56,703 nt of DNA from a virus. Taxonomy: Duplodnaviria > Caudoviricetes. The stretch covers positions 1-56,703 of the IMG/VR virus record IMGVR_UViG_3300046836_000099, one strand, 5' to 3'. The notes under the pieces were generated by a model that was given only the letters and a program-made list of their open reading frames with translations, had not been told where the DNA came from and searched no databases. Made by a program: the position numbers and the translations under genes. Positions 27,658-37,944 of this stretch are shown piece by piece (position 1 is the stretch's first letter; every line of letters starts with the position of its first letter).

Positions 27658-27869
27658 GCGGTAATCCAGTTCCTCCACGCGTTGTTTCACAGAGTATAGT
27701 TGAAGATGCACTTGATTGGGTAGAGATAACTACACTCTGTATGCGGATCGGTGTTCTACCAACTGTGGGGGGTTTGTACGATCAGAAGCCGCGAGATATT
27801 ACCAAGATGATACTTGTTATAAAGGCAATGGATAAACATGAAGCCGACTCGATGGAGAGGTCAAAGTAG
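27552..27869 (+). CDS. -1 frameshift extension of tail assembly chaperone (gpGT-like)
   Basis: -1 frame open from GATTTT (27550-27555) to TAG 27867-27869; contains LCMRIGVLPTVGGLYDQ. Confidence 0.8.
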   Translation, partial: FSAAVELIVSGRGESIVGEWERYERDAEGNVERDLSGNPVPPRVVSQSIVEDALDWVEITTLCMRIGVLPTVGGLYDQKPRDITKMILVIKAMDKHEADSMERSK

Positions 27870-30800
27870 TGGCTAGCGCATACGAATTGATGCTTGTCCT
27901 TCGTGGACGTAACTACCTTTCTAATGATCTTAGAAAGGCTAGTGCAGACATATCTGGACTTAGCCGCAGAAATGCTTTGACCTCTCTAGCGAGTCAAAAG
28001 CAAGCTTTACAGTTACGTCAGTCTCAGCTTGTAGCTCAAAAGAAAATGGCTATCAACGAAAAGGCTAGTGTTGATAGCGGTGCTCGTCGTGTTTCATTAC
28101 TTAAAGCGCAAGCTGCACAGCAAGTCGCTTTAGCTAGATCAGAAGCTTATTCCATTGAAACTCAGCAGAAGGCTGCGAAATTAGCTAAGACTGTAGGAGC
28201 GAATCCTCAGTTAGTTAAAGCTGCTCAATTACGCGCTGATGCTGCTGCCGCTGGTTATGCTAATCAGGCTATCGCTGCTCAAAATCTTGTTGAGCGCGAA
28301 GCTAGACTTACGCAGATCAGTGGTCAGTTAACAGACAAGATTAATAACCTTACGGGTGCTCAGCAGTTAGCAGCCGCAAAGATGGTTGAAATTGATGCGG
28401 CTACAAAAAGTGCTGGTTCTCGGCTAGGTCAGTATGGTAAAGTAGCCGAATCTGTAGGCCGGACGATGCAAACGTTCGGCCTTGTTACGACCGCAGTATT
28501 TGCAGGAGCCGCGTATGCAGCAGCTAAGTTCAATACGCAAGTTGCGTTAGCTGCTACACAGAGTACGTTACCAGGCCGCAACTCAGTAGCACAGGTACAG
28601 AGGAATGCTACTTACTTGCAGAGCCAGTTACAGCACCAATTAGTTACGGGTGCTACTCCTGCTAAATCTTCTGATTTAACTGGCGGCCTCTATTCAATCT
28701 TCTCTGGTCTATCCTTAAAGGGTGGACAGAAGCAGCAGTTAAACGAAGGTCTTGGACTTCTCAAAGAATTCAGTAGGGTCTTTACTGCCAACTATGGGCA
28801 GGTATCTCTTAACGAGGTAACTAAGACAGGCATCGCACTAATCAACAACTTCGGCTTAAGCGCACGGCAGATTCCTAAAGTAATGAATCAGATGCAGGCT
28901 TCTGTTCGTTTCGGCGCTATGACGATGGGTGAGATGACTAGTTCGTTGAACCAAGTTATTCCTGCATTTAAGTCTGCTGGTTACAGTACAAAGCAGATGT
29001 TCGAGGATATCGCATTCGTGTCAAGAGTGTTCCCGTCGCTGCGTATCGGTACTACAGGACTCGCGCGATTAACGGAAACATTCGGTAAGTACCACGAAGC
29101 GATTAGTCAAGATGTAGGCATGAACATTGCTCCTGGCGGTAAACTACTTTCCGTATCTAGAATCGTACAGGAGATTGTCAAGGCTCACCCCGAATTAAAG
29201 AAGGGTGGCGTTGATCTACAAAATTACTTTAAGCAGGTAACTGGCTCTAGTCAGTTCGTTAACGCTCGCCGTGTGTTCTCTGCTTACGTTACTCAGTTAG
29301 GTCTATACCGTGACGTGAGTAAGAAGGTCGCTGGTGACAATAACGAAGTTGCAAAGTCGTTCGCAGTTATGTCACAAACCCCACAGGTTAGGTGGGCTGA
29401 ATTAACTAATCAGTTACATGGACTTGTCTTAGAGATTGGTACTGCTGCGCTGCCGGTGTTCCAGAAGTTTGCTAAGCCGATTAAGGACTTTGTGATGTGG
29501 TTCGACAAGCTTAGTCCTAGCACGAAAAGATGGGTAGGTGAGATAGGTGCATCCGTAGGGATATTCCTGTTAGTTGGAGGCACACTGTCTACGATCTTCG
29601 GTATGGCTGTTAGAGCGCAAGAAGCTATAGGACTGTTGATATTTGGTAAGGGTGGCCTCGCTGCTTTAAGTTCAGAGAGTGGAGTAATTAGCGCGAGGTT
29701 TGCATTAGGGCTTGGTATTCCAGCTCTTATCTTACTTCTGTTAACATTCCATAAGCAGCTAAAGCCTGTAATAGATGCTCTCGGTGGATTGAAGAATATT
29801 CTACTTACGTTAGCAGCTATAAAGATGATAGTATGGTCGTCCGGCATAGTTAACAACTTCGCTGCTGTTGAGGCTGGTGCAGCAACGGCAACGACAGAGG
29901 TAACTCTGTTATCTAGAGCCTTACTGTTGATTAACGGCTTTGCGGCTGTAGCCGTCATAACGATTATCTACCGTCGTCAGATTCGTGATGAGGTTAACAA
30001 GGCTGGTAACTGGCTTAGTAAAAACGTTCCTGGCGGCGGCTTTAACCCCGATCATCTAGAGCGTAAAATTCCTGGCGTTGCTTGGTTGCAAGATCACTCG
30101 CAAGGGATAATGAACGTGCTTACATTGGGTACTGTTAACCAAATGAAGAAGGCACGCGATGCAGCTCTATTGAAACAAATCGGTGTTGAAGAGAAGGGTA
30201 TCACAGCTTTCGGGAATCAGGTAAATGCAGTATCTATACTTACTCACGGATTGCGTAGAGTTGTTACTCACGCACCGTATAGAAGTGGAGTAAAGGCTGC
30301 ACCCGCGCCACCGGCTCCGTTTACTAATGCAGATGTAACGGCCGCTGTTAAGAACATCGTAAAGCTCGATGATCTTGCTAAGCGCAAGCCGACGATAGCT
30401 AACTTTGAAGCAGCAGCTAAGGCTCTTGCTAACCTACAGAGCAAGGCTAGTAAAGATCAGTTCGCTGCTGCTCAGTCGTTAATTAGTGCGCTAGAATCAG
30501 CAGATGAAAAGCATACCAAGAAAACCATTAGTAACGCTAAGAAGCGTGCTGATGCATTGAAGTCTGAACTAGCGTCAATTGCTCAGAATGCAATGAGTAT
30601 GTACGATACACTCTTGCAGCAGAATCAGAGTATCATGGGAACTTTGTTTAACGGTCCATTTATGAATAGTCCTAGAGAGCAGAACCAGATACAGTACGGT
30701 TATCAGCCTCGCGGTGGAGACTACTTAAAGGACATTCGTTCTCAGAATGCTCAGTTCAGAAACTTCTATAAAGAGATTGGCAAGCTACAAAAGCGCGGTG

Positions 30801-31354
30801 CGCCTAAGGAGTTAATTAACCAACTTATACAAGCTGGTCCTCAGGCATTACCTGCGATTCGTGCGCTTGCTGGAATGGGTAAATCTCAATGGAAGCAATA
30901 CACCGCTGCATTCGATCAAGGACAGAAGTTGCTGCATAAGCAGACAATCTCTCAGTTAAAGGATCAACTCAAGGACTACCGTAAATACGGTGCCAAGATA
31001 GCTGAGCAGATGATTGCAGGTATGCGCGACAAGCGGCTTGGTCTTGCTAATGAGATTAAGAGCATCATCAAGGATATGTTCGGTGTAACCGTTCCTGAGG
31101 TTCATCATCCTACTACTACGGCTGCTAGAGCGGCTGCTAGACACGCAGCAGCACACGCAGCACGACATACTGCACATAATCCTCACAACACAAATACTCG
31201 TCCTGTGGTCGGTACTACAACAAGGACTACTCAGGGCGTACAGTATCATACGCACTACCACGTTACAGCGCCGACTAGTGAGCATACTAGCGTAAAGGCG
31301 CAGTTACGTCATGCAGAGTTCGCTCGCAAGACTAAGTATGGAGTGACACCGTGA
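27869..31354 (+). CDS. Tape measure protein
   Basis: 1161 aa, Ala-rich helical with hydrophobic segments; follows the chaperones. Confidence 0.9.
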   Translation: MASAYELMLVLRGRNYLSNDLRKASADISGLSRRNALTSLASQKQALQLRQSQLVAQKKMAINEKASVDSGARRVSLLKAQAAQQVALARSEAYSIETQQKAAKLAKTVGANPQLVKAAQLRADAAAAGYANQAIAAQNLVEREARLTQISGQLTDKINNLTGAQQLAAAKMVEIDAATKSAGSRLGQYGKVAESVGRTMQTFGLVTTAVFAGAAYAAAKFNTQVALAATQSTLPGRNSVAQVQRNATYLQSQLQHQLVTGATPAKSSDLTGGLYSIFSGLSLKGGQKQQLNEGLGLLKEFSRVFTANYGQVSLNEVTKTGIALINNFGLSARQIPKVMNQMQASVRFGAMTMGEMTSSLNQVIPAFKSAGYSTKQMFEDIAFVSRVFPSLRIGTTGLARLTETFGKYHEAISQDVGMNIAPGGKLLSVSRIVQEIVKAHPELKKGGVDLQNYFKQVTGSSQFVNARRVFSAYVTQLGLYRDVSKKVAGDNNEVAKSFAVMSQTPQVRWAELTNQLHGLVLEIGTAALPVFQKFAKPIKDFVMWFDKLSPSTKRWVGEIGASVGIFLLVGGTLSTIFGMAVRAQEAIGLLIFGKGGLAALSSESGVISARFALGLGIPALILLLLTFHKQLKPVIDALGGLKNILLTLAAIKMIVWSSGIVNNFAAVEAGAATATTEVTLLSRALLLINGFAAVAVITIIYRRQIRDEVNKAGNWLSKNVPGGGFNPDHLERKIPGVAWLQDHSQGIMNVLTLGTVNQMKKARDAALLKQIGVEEKGITAFGNQVNAVSILTHGLRRVVTHAPYRSGVKAAPAPPAPFTNADVTAAVKNIVKLDDLAKRKPTIANFEAAAKALANLQSKASKDQFAAAQSLISALESADEKHTKKTISNAKKRADALKSELASIAQNAMSMYDTLLQQNQSIMGTLFNGPFMNSPREQNQIQYGYQPRGGDYLKDIRSQNAQFRNFYKEIGKLQKRGAPKELINQLIQAGPQALPAIRALAGMGKSQWKQYTAAFDQGQKLLHKQTISQLKDQLKDYRKYGAKIAEQMIAGMRDKRLGLANEIKSIIKDMFGVTVPEVHHPTTTAARAAARHAAAHAARHTAHNPHNTNTRPVVGTTTRTTQGVQYHTHYHVTAPTSEHTSVKAQLRHAEFARKTKYGVTP

Positions 31355-31842
31355 TAACTGCTTGTGTCTACACAAATGCTGAAACAGCAGCTACGTACAA
31401 CTTGAACGATGATATCGCTCCATTCACTAACCTCGATGTTCAGGTTACTCAACGTACTGATTTCTCACGCAATAAAATGGAACAACATGGTATCTGGCCT
31501 ACGTTCACTTATCGTGGTCAGATGGAATTGAACATCGAAGGTGATTTAATTGCTAATGATGCTAGCGATTATGTAGCCAAGAGACTTGCTCTCGCATTAG
31601 CTCTGTTCGGTGATCCTAATGATGGTACGAGTGGTATGCATCCTACGGTTCGTAACAACGGTTCCCTAGTTATAACGCTATCTGGTATGACAGAGGACTT
31701 AGGTTGCGATGTTACTATTTCAGCTTTTAGCGCACCGAATGTAGGCGGCTATCCGGGTTATTCTAAGTACCTTCTTACTTTCGTTAGCACCGATCCTTGG
31801 TTCGTAGGTCAGACGACCTCTGATAAGTATTACTGGTCGTAA
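31351..31842 (+). CDS. Distal tail protein-like
   Basis: Follows tape measure; C-terminal FVSTDPWF motif. Confidence 0.7.
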   Translation: MITACVYTNAETAATYNLNDDIAPFTNLDVQVTQRTDFSRNKMEQHGIWPTFTYRGQMELNIEGDLIANDASDYVAKRLALALALFGDPNDGTSGMHPTVRNNGSLVITLSGMTEDLGCDVTISAFSAPNVGGYPGYSKYLLTFVSTDPWFVGQTTSDKYYWS

Positions 31843-32081
31843 TGACGATCTTCACCGATTCAGGAACTATACCATCTGTTACTGGTGTTACATCTAACGA
31901 GATATCACAGTTCGTTGATCCTGTCAGAGCAACATCTAGAACCAAAGTATCAGCTTTAGACACAGGACCGATTAAAGATATAGCTACAGTAATAACAATA
32001 ACCACTCCGTCATACGAAGAGTTCTTCGTGCATCCTTCTGGTTATTGGGGTTCTTTCGATACTGACGACGGGATTATTTAA
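31842..32081 (+). CDS. Hypothetical tail-associated protein
   Basis: 79 aa, coupled. Confidence 0.6.
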   Translation: MTIFTDSGTIPSVTGVTSNEISQFVDPVRATSRTKVSALDTGPIKDIATVITITTPSYEEFFVHPSGYWGSFDTDDGII

Positions 32082-32083
32082 TC

Positions 32084-33307
32084 ATGCCTACTGTATCTGC
32101 CGATGGAACATATTGGGTCGATATATCGGCTGATCCTACATTCACGCCTGGAAGCTTTATAAGCATTTATCCCGAAAGTCTTACATTCGACGATATGATT
32201 AGCGGAGTCGGTAACTGTGCATTCCAGGTTAGTTTCTCTGCGAGGGATGCTGATGATAACCCTATTGTTTCACATGATTGGGTCGGCCCTTATAGGACTT
32301 ACTATCGGCTTCGCTACGGAAACATTGCTATACAGGCTGGTCCAATTGTTAGTGCTAATACAGTCAAGGGTACGGACTTCACTAGTATAGCTGGCAAGAC
32401 TTGGGAGCATATGCTAGAACGATGGCAGTACCCATTCGATGGTAGACCTACTCACGTCAATGATTATCAGTATCTTAATACGTTCGACGGCGACGAGTTA
32501 ACTGGCTCAGGAATTGTTACACCGCCAGGTCTGGTCTATCAGGCTAATAATCGCGACGTGATTAGAATATTCGGTGACTTATTCAGTCAGACGATGAATG
32601 TCCCTGAACGTATCATCTTCGATATAACTGCTCTCGCTACTCTGTCTGGTATAACGACGAACTACCAATTCACTCTTGCAGACAATACCAAGTTATTCCA
32701 GATAGTAGACGATTTGAGCAATATCGGACAAGGATTCGACTGGTGGATTAGCCACGATATGAAGGTTCTGTGGGCTTCTCCATACAGATTCGGTAATAAC
32801 GCTGCTCCTGTTATATCGTTTACATTCGATGGTTCCACAGAAGCAGCAACTCCTGATGATTTGCAATTTACTAACAACGGTCCTACTTGTACTCATATCA
32901 CAGGATCGGGTGCAGGCTTCGCTACATCTACTCAGTTAGCGGCAACGTATGGTGAACCGGCTTCTCAGCTTCTATATACTCGTTTAGACGAGAACTACGA
33001 TTTCGGTGATGTTCGTAACCGTGACGAGTTAGATGCTAAAACTCACAAGCAGTTCTCTATTGATCTTAACCCGCAGCATGATATTCCGATGACTGTGAAT
33101 CCTAGAAGGATCAGTGGCTTTTGGAGCACTTTCCGCAAAGGAAAGGCTATCTACATCAACTACGATTTGATAGCTCACATGATAGATAGTGCTCATCAGC
33201 TTGTTAGTTATCAAGCGACAGTCAGTTCTGAGAGATTAGCGCAAGTTTCGTTTACGTTGAAACAAATCTATGCAACTGCTCCCGGCGTTGGGATACCTGA
33301 GGGATAA
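32084..33307 (+). CDS. Minor tail/baseplate hub protein
   Basis: 407 aa; GFDWWI motif; synteny. Confidence 0.7.
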   Translation: MPTVSADGTYWVDISADPTFTPGSFISIYPESLTFDDMISGVGNCAFQVSFSARDADDNPIVSHDWVGPYRTYYRLRYGNIAIQAGPIVSANTVKGTDFTSIAGKTWEHMLERWQYPFDGRPTHVNDYQYLNTFDGDELTGSGIVTPPGLVYQANNRDVIRIFGDLFSQTMNVPERIIFDITALATLSGITTNYQFTLADNTKLFQIVDDLSNIGQGFDWWISHDMKVLWASPYRFGNNAAPVISFTFDGSTEAATPDDLQFTNNGPTCTHITGSGAGFATSTQLAATYGEPASQLLYTRLDENYDFGDVRNRDELDAKTHKQFSIDLNPQHDIPMTVNPRRISGFWSTFRKGKAIYINYDLIAHMIDSAHQLVSYQATVSSERLAQVSFTLKQIYATAPGVGIPEG

Positions 33308-34029
33308 TGGACACTTACGACGTTCTATTCAAAAGAATCGTTAAACTAGAGAATGAGGTCAAGCGGCTGAAAAACGTTTCAGCGCCTACTGTTCCTATTT
33401 ACGATCCTACGAACTTCCCTCAGGATGCTATTAATGGTCAGGTAGCTATAGGTTCCGATGACACAGCGTGGAAATATGTTAATGACGCTTGGAGTGAGAT
33501 TGGAGGCGGCGGTGGATTAACTGCGGAATGGATGCAATACAGTTTCGATAATGGAGTAACCGTTGCTGGTGGTGGCGCTGCTGGTCAATGTGACTGGTTA
33601 GAGTCACTTCAATTCCCGCCATTTGGTTCTGGTCAAAGTCCAGGACTTATGGATATGACGGATGAATTTAATCCTCGTTTAAATGTACCAGGTCTTTATT
33701 TCTTTATGATTCGTGTTGCTTGTGCTACAGCAATGACTTCTGGTAAATCATTTGGATGGGAATTTCATGTTGCAACAGACTTCGGCGGGTCACCGTTAGA
33801 TTCAGTAACCTACATAAATGGTAATTCGCCTTTTGCAACTGGCGGAATTAATGGAGATGGATACGGTGCTGAAATTACTTTAGCGGCTATGGCAATAGCA
33901 CCTGCGGCTGTTGTAGCTTCACCGTATTTCGTTCTGATGCGTGTTGCTAATAATGATACTGTTAGTAGAACTTTCTGGATAGATCGTGCAGAAGTCTTTA
34001 GGTTAACTCCGGCTACAACTATTGCTTAA
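33307..34029 (+). CDS. Minor tail / receptor-binding protein
   Basis: N-terminal coiled coil, poly-Gly linker, C-terminal beta domain. Confidence 0.65.
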   Translation: MDTYDVLFKRIVKLENEVKRLKNVSAPTVPIYDPTNFPQDAINGQVAIGSDDTAWKYVNDAWSEIGGGGGLTAEWMQYSFDNGVTVAGGGAAGQCDWLESLQFPPFGSGQSPGLMDMTDEFNPRLNVPGLYFFMIRVACATAMTSGKSFGWEFHVATDFGGSPLDSVTYINGNSPFATGGINGDGYGAEITLAAMAIAPAAVVASPYFVLMRVANNDTVSRTFWIDRAEVFRLTPATTIA

Positions 34030-34298
34030 TGTTTCATTTATTATCATTAGTTGTTGATAGTCCTAAAAACCTTTCAGACTACCTCAACACCGGCGGTATT
34101 ATTGGCATATTAGCGTTCGTGATTTTATCAGGCACACGACGTTGGTGGGTCTTTGGCTGGCAATATAGGGAGCTAAAAGAACGCTATGATAAAGTCGAAG
34201 AGTCCAATGCCATGTGGATGCAAGTCGCATTACGAGGGGTCAATATCTCCGAGAAGATCGTTCAAAATACCCCAGTTAGTACGGATGATGGAAGTTAA
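34029..34298 (+). CDS. Membrane protein (holin-like)
   Basis: One TM segment followed by WWVFGWQY and coiled coil; lysis region. Confidence 0.65.
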   Translation: MFHLLSLVVDSPKNLSDYLNTGGIIGILAFVILSGTRRWWVFGWQYRELKERYDKVEESNAMWMQVALRGVNISEKIVQNTPVSTDDGS

Positions 34299-34299
34299 A

Positions 34300-34452
34300 A
34301 TGCTTAAGACTTGGCGTCATAAAAAGCAAGATAAGAAGTGGGAGGAAGAAAGTTTCCAAGCTAGATTGATAATGGAAAGAACTGCTCAACGAGAAATGAA
34401 TGCACGTCTGCGGCTGGTTGAGTTACAATACAAAAACATGACGCGTCAATAG
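34300..34452 (+). CDS. Small basic hypothetical protein
   Basis: 3' part of ORF-track 34186..34452; ATG at 34300. Confidence 0.55.
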   Translation: MLKTWRHKKQDKKWEEESFQARLIMERTAQREMNARLRLVELQYKNMTRQ

Positions 34453-34466
34453 GAGCAAACACAGTA

Positions 34467-34904
34467 ATGCAGGTAACAGAAACAATAAGCATACTAGAGA
34501 TCGTGTGGACTACAGTAGCGATCTTTGGTTTTATGTTCATGCTCCTATTACTACAAAAGTCTAAACAAGACTTAGATTGGCTGGACGAGAGCCAAGGTAA
34601 TGGTGAGCTTAGTCTTAGAAAGAATGTAGCAACCACAACCATGTTAATTTACGTTGGCGGAGTAGTTACTCAAGCCAGCTATTTAACGTTGGGTATCATT
34701 GCAATGACACAACCGAATAGTGCATTCAACTGGTTGAGGATATTAATTAACTCTGTTTTCATAGGTGGAAGCGTTGTAAGTAGTATGATTGCAGGGGCAA
34801 TCTATACACGTAGGTCAAGACTGGTTAGATTGGTTGAAAAACGTTTAGCAGAAGGAGAGAACAATGACAGTACCGCAGGGGAACCCGCAACTACCATTGC
34901 CTGA
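34467..34904 (+). CDS. Three-TM membrane protein
   Basis: Three hydrophobic segments; AGGAG RBS; lysis region. Confidence 0.7.
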   Translation: MQVTETISILEIVWTTVAIFGFMFMLLLLQKSKQDLDWLDESQGNGELSLRKNVATTTMLIYVGGVVTQASYLTLGIIAMTQPNSAFNWLRILINSVFIGGSVVSSMIAGAIYTRRSRLVRLVEKRLAEGENNDSTAGEPATTIA

Positions 34905-35013
34905 TGACGCTGATTTAGCGCACGATCAGCCACAGGGAGTAGATGCAGACGAAAGTGAAAACGAGGACTTTAACAATCGTTACGGTACTAAGGTAAACCA
35001 TGACGCCTCCTAG
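34864..35013 (+). CDS. Small acidic protein, 49 aa
   Basis: AAGGAG RBS; MTVPQGNPQLPLPDDAD...; translated by hand. Confidence 0.5.
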   Translation: MTVPQGNPQLPLPDDADLAHDQPQGVDADESENEDFNNRYGTKVNHDAS

Positions 35014-35794
35014 CGTAGCTCTCGCACGTCCGATTTATCTCGGTACAAAAGGTCAAGATGTAGTTGCAGTTAAACGTGCATTGAGCCGCGCTGGTTACAT
35101 GCAATGGGGAACGTTTACTGAAACGTGGGGAGACTACGCTAGGACGGCTAATCATAACTTCCAGAAGGATCACGGTATACCGTTAGCTGGTTACGGCCCA
35201 ATAACTCATCATACATTGTTAGGTACGCATAAGGCGGGAAGCAAGACAGAATACGCTTACGACTCGCTTTCGATAACGATGATGAATCAGGAGTATGTTC
35301 TTCTCCATATATCTCCTGAAAACAGAATTCGTAGCCAGGGTATGCAAATGTGTTATTACCTCTACGAGCATAGTGGAGGGATTGCTTACAGTCAGGCTAG
35401 ACCATCGTGGTTAGGACACTTAGGAGATACACCGCCTAATCATATGGATTGTTCTGGACTCGCAGGCGTAGCTCATTACGCTGGCGGTGCTAAGAATCCT
35501 AATATCGAAGCTGGCGTTAGACTACCTTGGAACGGTGAAGGATATACAGGTACTCTATTAGCTGGTGCTGCTAGAAGGGTTAGTTCGGTGGCAAGTCTTA
35601 AGCCATTAGACCTAATCTTCTACGGATTTACAACTAGGTCGAGTCCTGCATTCCCGTATGGTAGTCCTACACACGTCGCTGTTTACGATGGTCACGGCAT
35701 GGTGTTCAGCATGGGCCATTATCCTATGGGACACTTTGTTTATAACTACGGTCAGTCGATTAACTGTTATGCCACCTACAATGTTGTCCCGTAA
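35000..35794 (+). CDS. Endolysin: N-terminal peptidoglycan-binding domain + NlpC/P60 peptidase
   Basis: LGTKGQDVVAVKRAL...FQKDHGI; MDCSGL, DLIFYG, HVAVY catalytic motifs. Confidence 0.9.
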   Translation: MTPPSVALARPIYLGTKGQDVVAVKRALSRAGYMQWGTFTETWGDYARTANHNFQKDHGIPLAGYGPITHHTLLGTHKAGSKTEYAYDSLSITMMNQEYVLLHISPENRIRSQGMQMCYYLYEHSGGIAYSQARPSWLGHLGDTPPNHMDCSGLAGVAHYAGGAKNPNIEAGVRLPWNGEGYTGTLLAGAARRVSSVASLKPLDLIFYGFTTRSSPAFPYGSPTHVAVYDGHGMVFSMGHYPMGHFVYNYGQSINCYATYNVVP

Positions 35795-35802
35795 GGAGGA
35801 TC

Positions 35803-36324
35803 ATGGCTGCTGTACCTGTTCCAGTTACTTTACCGACTAAGACGCATGAGGTTTTGTACTCGGGATTAACGTCGTTTGCACGTACCTTTCTTATCACATT
35901 CTTGTCTTTTGGGGTTGGTATCTTAGGTGCGCCAAATAAGAATACAGCTATCTCTCTAGCTCTAGCTGCATTAGCAGCATCGTTAGCTGCCGGACTTAGA
36001 GTGATCCAAGTATTCTTCCCAATGATATCGTTTGCGAAGCTGTTACCGCAGCCTTGGGCTGCTTACTTAGACAGCATAGTAAGAACGTTTTTGGCTGTAT
36101 TTGTGGCGACCGCTACGAACTGGCTAGGTTCTACACCTAACTGGTCAACCTGGCATTCTGCTTTAAATGCAGCTTTACTAGGTGCTGGCGCTGCTGTGAT
36201 TCGCGCATTACAAGGCGCAGTTACGCCAACAGAGGTTCCGTTCGTTAATACGCCGCCTACTGTACCTACTACAGTAGTCGCAGCAGCACCGCCGGTTACA
36301 CCTGCACCACCGGCAACACCTTAA
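35803..36324 (+). CDS. Holin (internally duplicated two-TM unit)
   Basis: Follows endolysin; two RTFL...AxxRxxQ repeats; Pro-rich tail. Confidence 0.75.
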   Translation: MAAVPVPVTLPTKTHEVLYSGLTSFARTFLITFLSFGVGILGAPNKNTAISLALAALAASLAAGLRVIQVFFPMISFAKLLPQPWAAYLDSIVRTFLAVFVATATNWLGSTPNWSTWHSALNAALLGAGAAVIRALQGAVTPTEVPFVNTPPTVPTTVVAAAPPVTPAPPATP

Positions 36325-36336
36325 TTTAAAAAGACT

Positions 36337-36415
36337 CCGCTACTACTTCCCCTGGTAGCGGGGTGTTATAGCCCGTAGTCGCGTGTTTCTCTCCTCGCCG
36401 ACTACGGGCTATAAC
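36337..36415. terminator. Hairpins between convergent transcription units (probable bidirectional terminator)
   Basis: CCGCTAC..GTAGCGG plus 17-bp perfect stem GTTATAGCCCGTAGTCG/CGACTACGGGCTATAAC (36365-36415). Confidence 0.7.
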
Positions 36416-36418
36416 TCT

Positions 36419-37462
36419 TTAAAAGAACGTAGGCGGAATAGTACGGCAACCGTAGATCGCTGCCGGACTACCACTAGCAGGCTTATAATCCGCGCCCAAC
36501 TGTGGGTTAGCTTTAAAAACGTTACTAACCGCAACGCCAGCCATATTATCTTGAACAGCTTGGCGTCCGTCAGAGTTCCAAGCATAACCGTTACGAACTA
36601 AGTTAGCGGAATCGTTATGACTTGGATCAAACTCTTCGACGAGATAGCGACTTAGCTCTACATTGTTGACTCCAATAAAGTTTTCAACAATACAGTTAGT
36701 CGCACCTAAATCGCCAAATAGTACACCCTGCCCACAGCCTGACCAAGTGCAGTATTCTACGTGTGCGCTTTTGGCTGCTCTAAGCTGGAATGCTCTAGCA
36801 GCGCAATCATAGACAAGACAATCAATGTAATGTCCAGAGTAAGCTACATCGTAGAAACCGTGTTCTTGGTTATCATCGAATGCGGCAGTAGATGGAGTAC
36901 CGATATTATGCACACGCATATTACGGAATTCTACACGATGGGATGAACCATACGTAGAATCATCAATAGTCTGCCAACCGATCTTAGTGTGTCCATTGAT
37001 ACAATCGAGGTCGTGGAACTTAATATCAGAACCGCCGATAACCCACGACTGATAATGTCCTGGTCCTTGCGGCTGTAAGTCCCTTAAACCACCGTTGTAG
37101 ATTTCCCACCATACTGCACTACCCCGCATATCTAGTCTACCGTCAACAACCTTTCCGTTCAGATCAAGCTTAATTGGAGCGGCAGCAGTACCACCAAAGT
37201 TGATAGAACTATTGAGAGTACCACCGATATCCATTACAGCGTTATCACCGGGTTTAAGACTTACGAGGAAACTGTCTAAATTACCGCCAGTGAAGTGTTT
37301 GCGTGTATCAGTAGGTGGGGGAGTAGAAACTCTAAGTGACTCTAAGCTTACATATGCATTCCACCAATTAGTGTGAGACTTCGGGGGAGGCCATATGTTA
37401 TTACAACCCTGCGTTGTCCCTTTAAGCTGCTTCTCGATATAGTCAATATCCGAGTTACTCAT
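36419..37462 (-). CDS. Right-handed beta-helix (pectate lyase-like) protein
   Basis: Repeating beta-helix rungs (VEFRNMRVHNIG, HGFY, YIDCLVYD); C-terminal NPQLGADYKPASGSPA. Confidence 0.75.
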   Translation of the reverse strand: MSNSDIDYIEKQLKGTTQGCNNIWPPPKSHTNWWNAYVSLESLRVSTPPPTDTRKHFTGGNLDSFLVSLKPGDNAVMDIGGTLNSSINFGGTAAAPIKLDLNGKVVDGRLDMRGSAVWWEIYNGGLRDLQPQGPGHYQSWVIGGSDIKFHDLDCINGHTKIGWQTIDDSTYGSSHRVEFRNMRVHNIGTPSTAAFDDNQEHGFYDVAYSGHYIDCLVYDCAARAFQLRAAKSAHVEYCTWSGCGQGVLFGDLGATNCIVENFIGVNNVELSRYLVEEFDPSHNDSANLVRNGYAWNSDGRQAVQDNMAGVAVSNVFKANPQLGADYKPASGSPAAIYGCRTIPPTFF

Positions 37463-37944
37463 TTGTCGTATCCTAACTCTTTGGCCGTATTGACTAGGAT
37501 ATCGTACAATTGGTCGCTCATATCGAAACGTGCCTGATTGTGCTTTAAGCCTTCCATGAAGTCGTTACCCTTACCACGTTCGCTAGCAGCTTTCCAATCG
37601 CAGAACATTTCGATAACGTCCATCAGACTCATCCCATTTAAGCCGTTCTCGTAATATTCCGGGTGATGGGTATTGTTAGCGTAATGGTGGTCTATAATCG
37701 GACGAATAGCCCTGAGACTAGCTCTATACTCTTCTGAGCCGTAAGTCAGTCCTGCCAACTTAGGCGTAGCTTCGTCCCAACCAGCTTTCTCGGGATCAGC
37801 TAGTTTACTGTTATCATGCACAAGGCCGCGCCGAGTGAGGTTAATCTTAACTGCTGCTAACAACTCATCTACGCGATCAATGTGCTTGTTAGTTTCGACT
37901 GTGCTATCGTAGTCTCTTATTATATCGTCAGGTTCAATAGCCAT
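37459..37944 (-). CDS. HD-domain protein (DUF5662-like)
   Basis: H...HDNSKL, HHYANNTHHPEYY, EMFCDW motifs. Confidence 0.85.
   Translation of the reverse strand: MAIEPDDIIRDYDSTVETNKHIDRVDELLAAVKINLTRRGLVHDNSKLADPEKAGWDEATPKLAGLTYGSEEYRASLRAIRPIIDHHYANNTHHPEYYENGLNGMSLMDVIEMFCDWKAASERGKGNDFMEGLKHNQARFDMSDQLYDILVNTAKELGYDK

Noticed and set aside
9251-35173. Minus-strand ORFs within the virion operon (e.g. 29410..29958, 22570..23001, 15856..16194)
   Set aside because: Antisense shadows of well-supported plus-strand genes with no RBS or recognisable motifs
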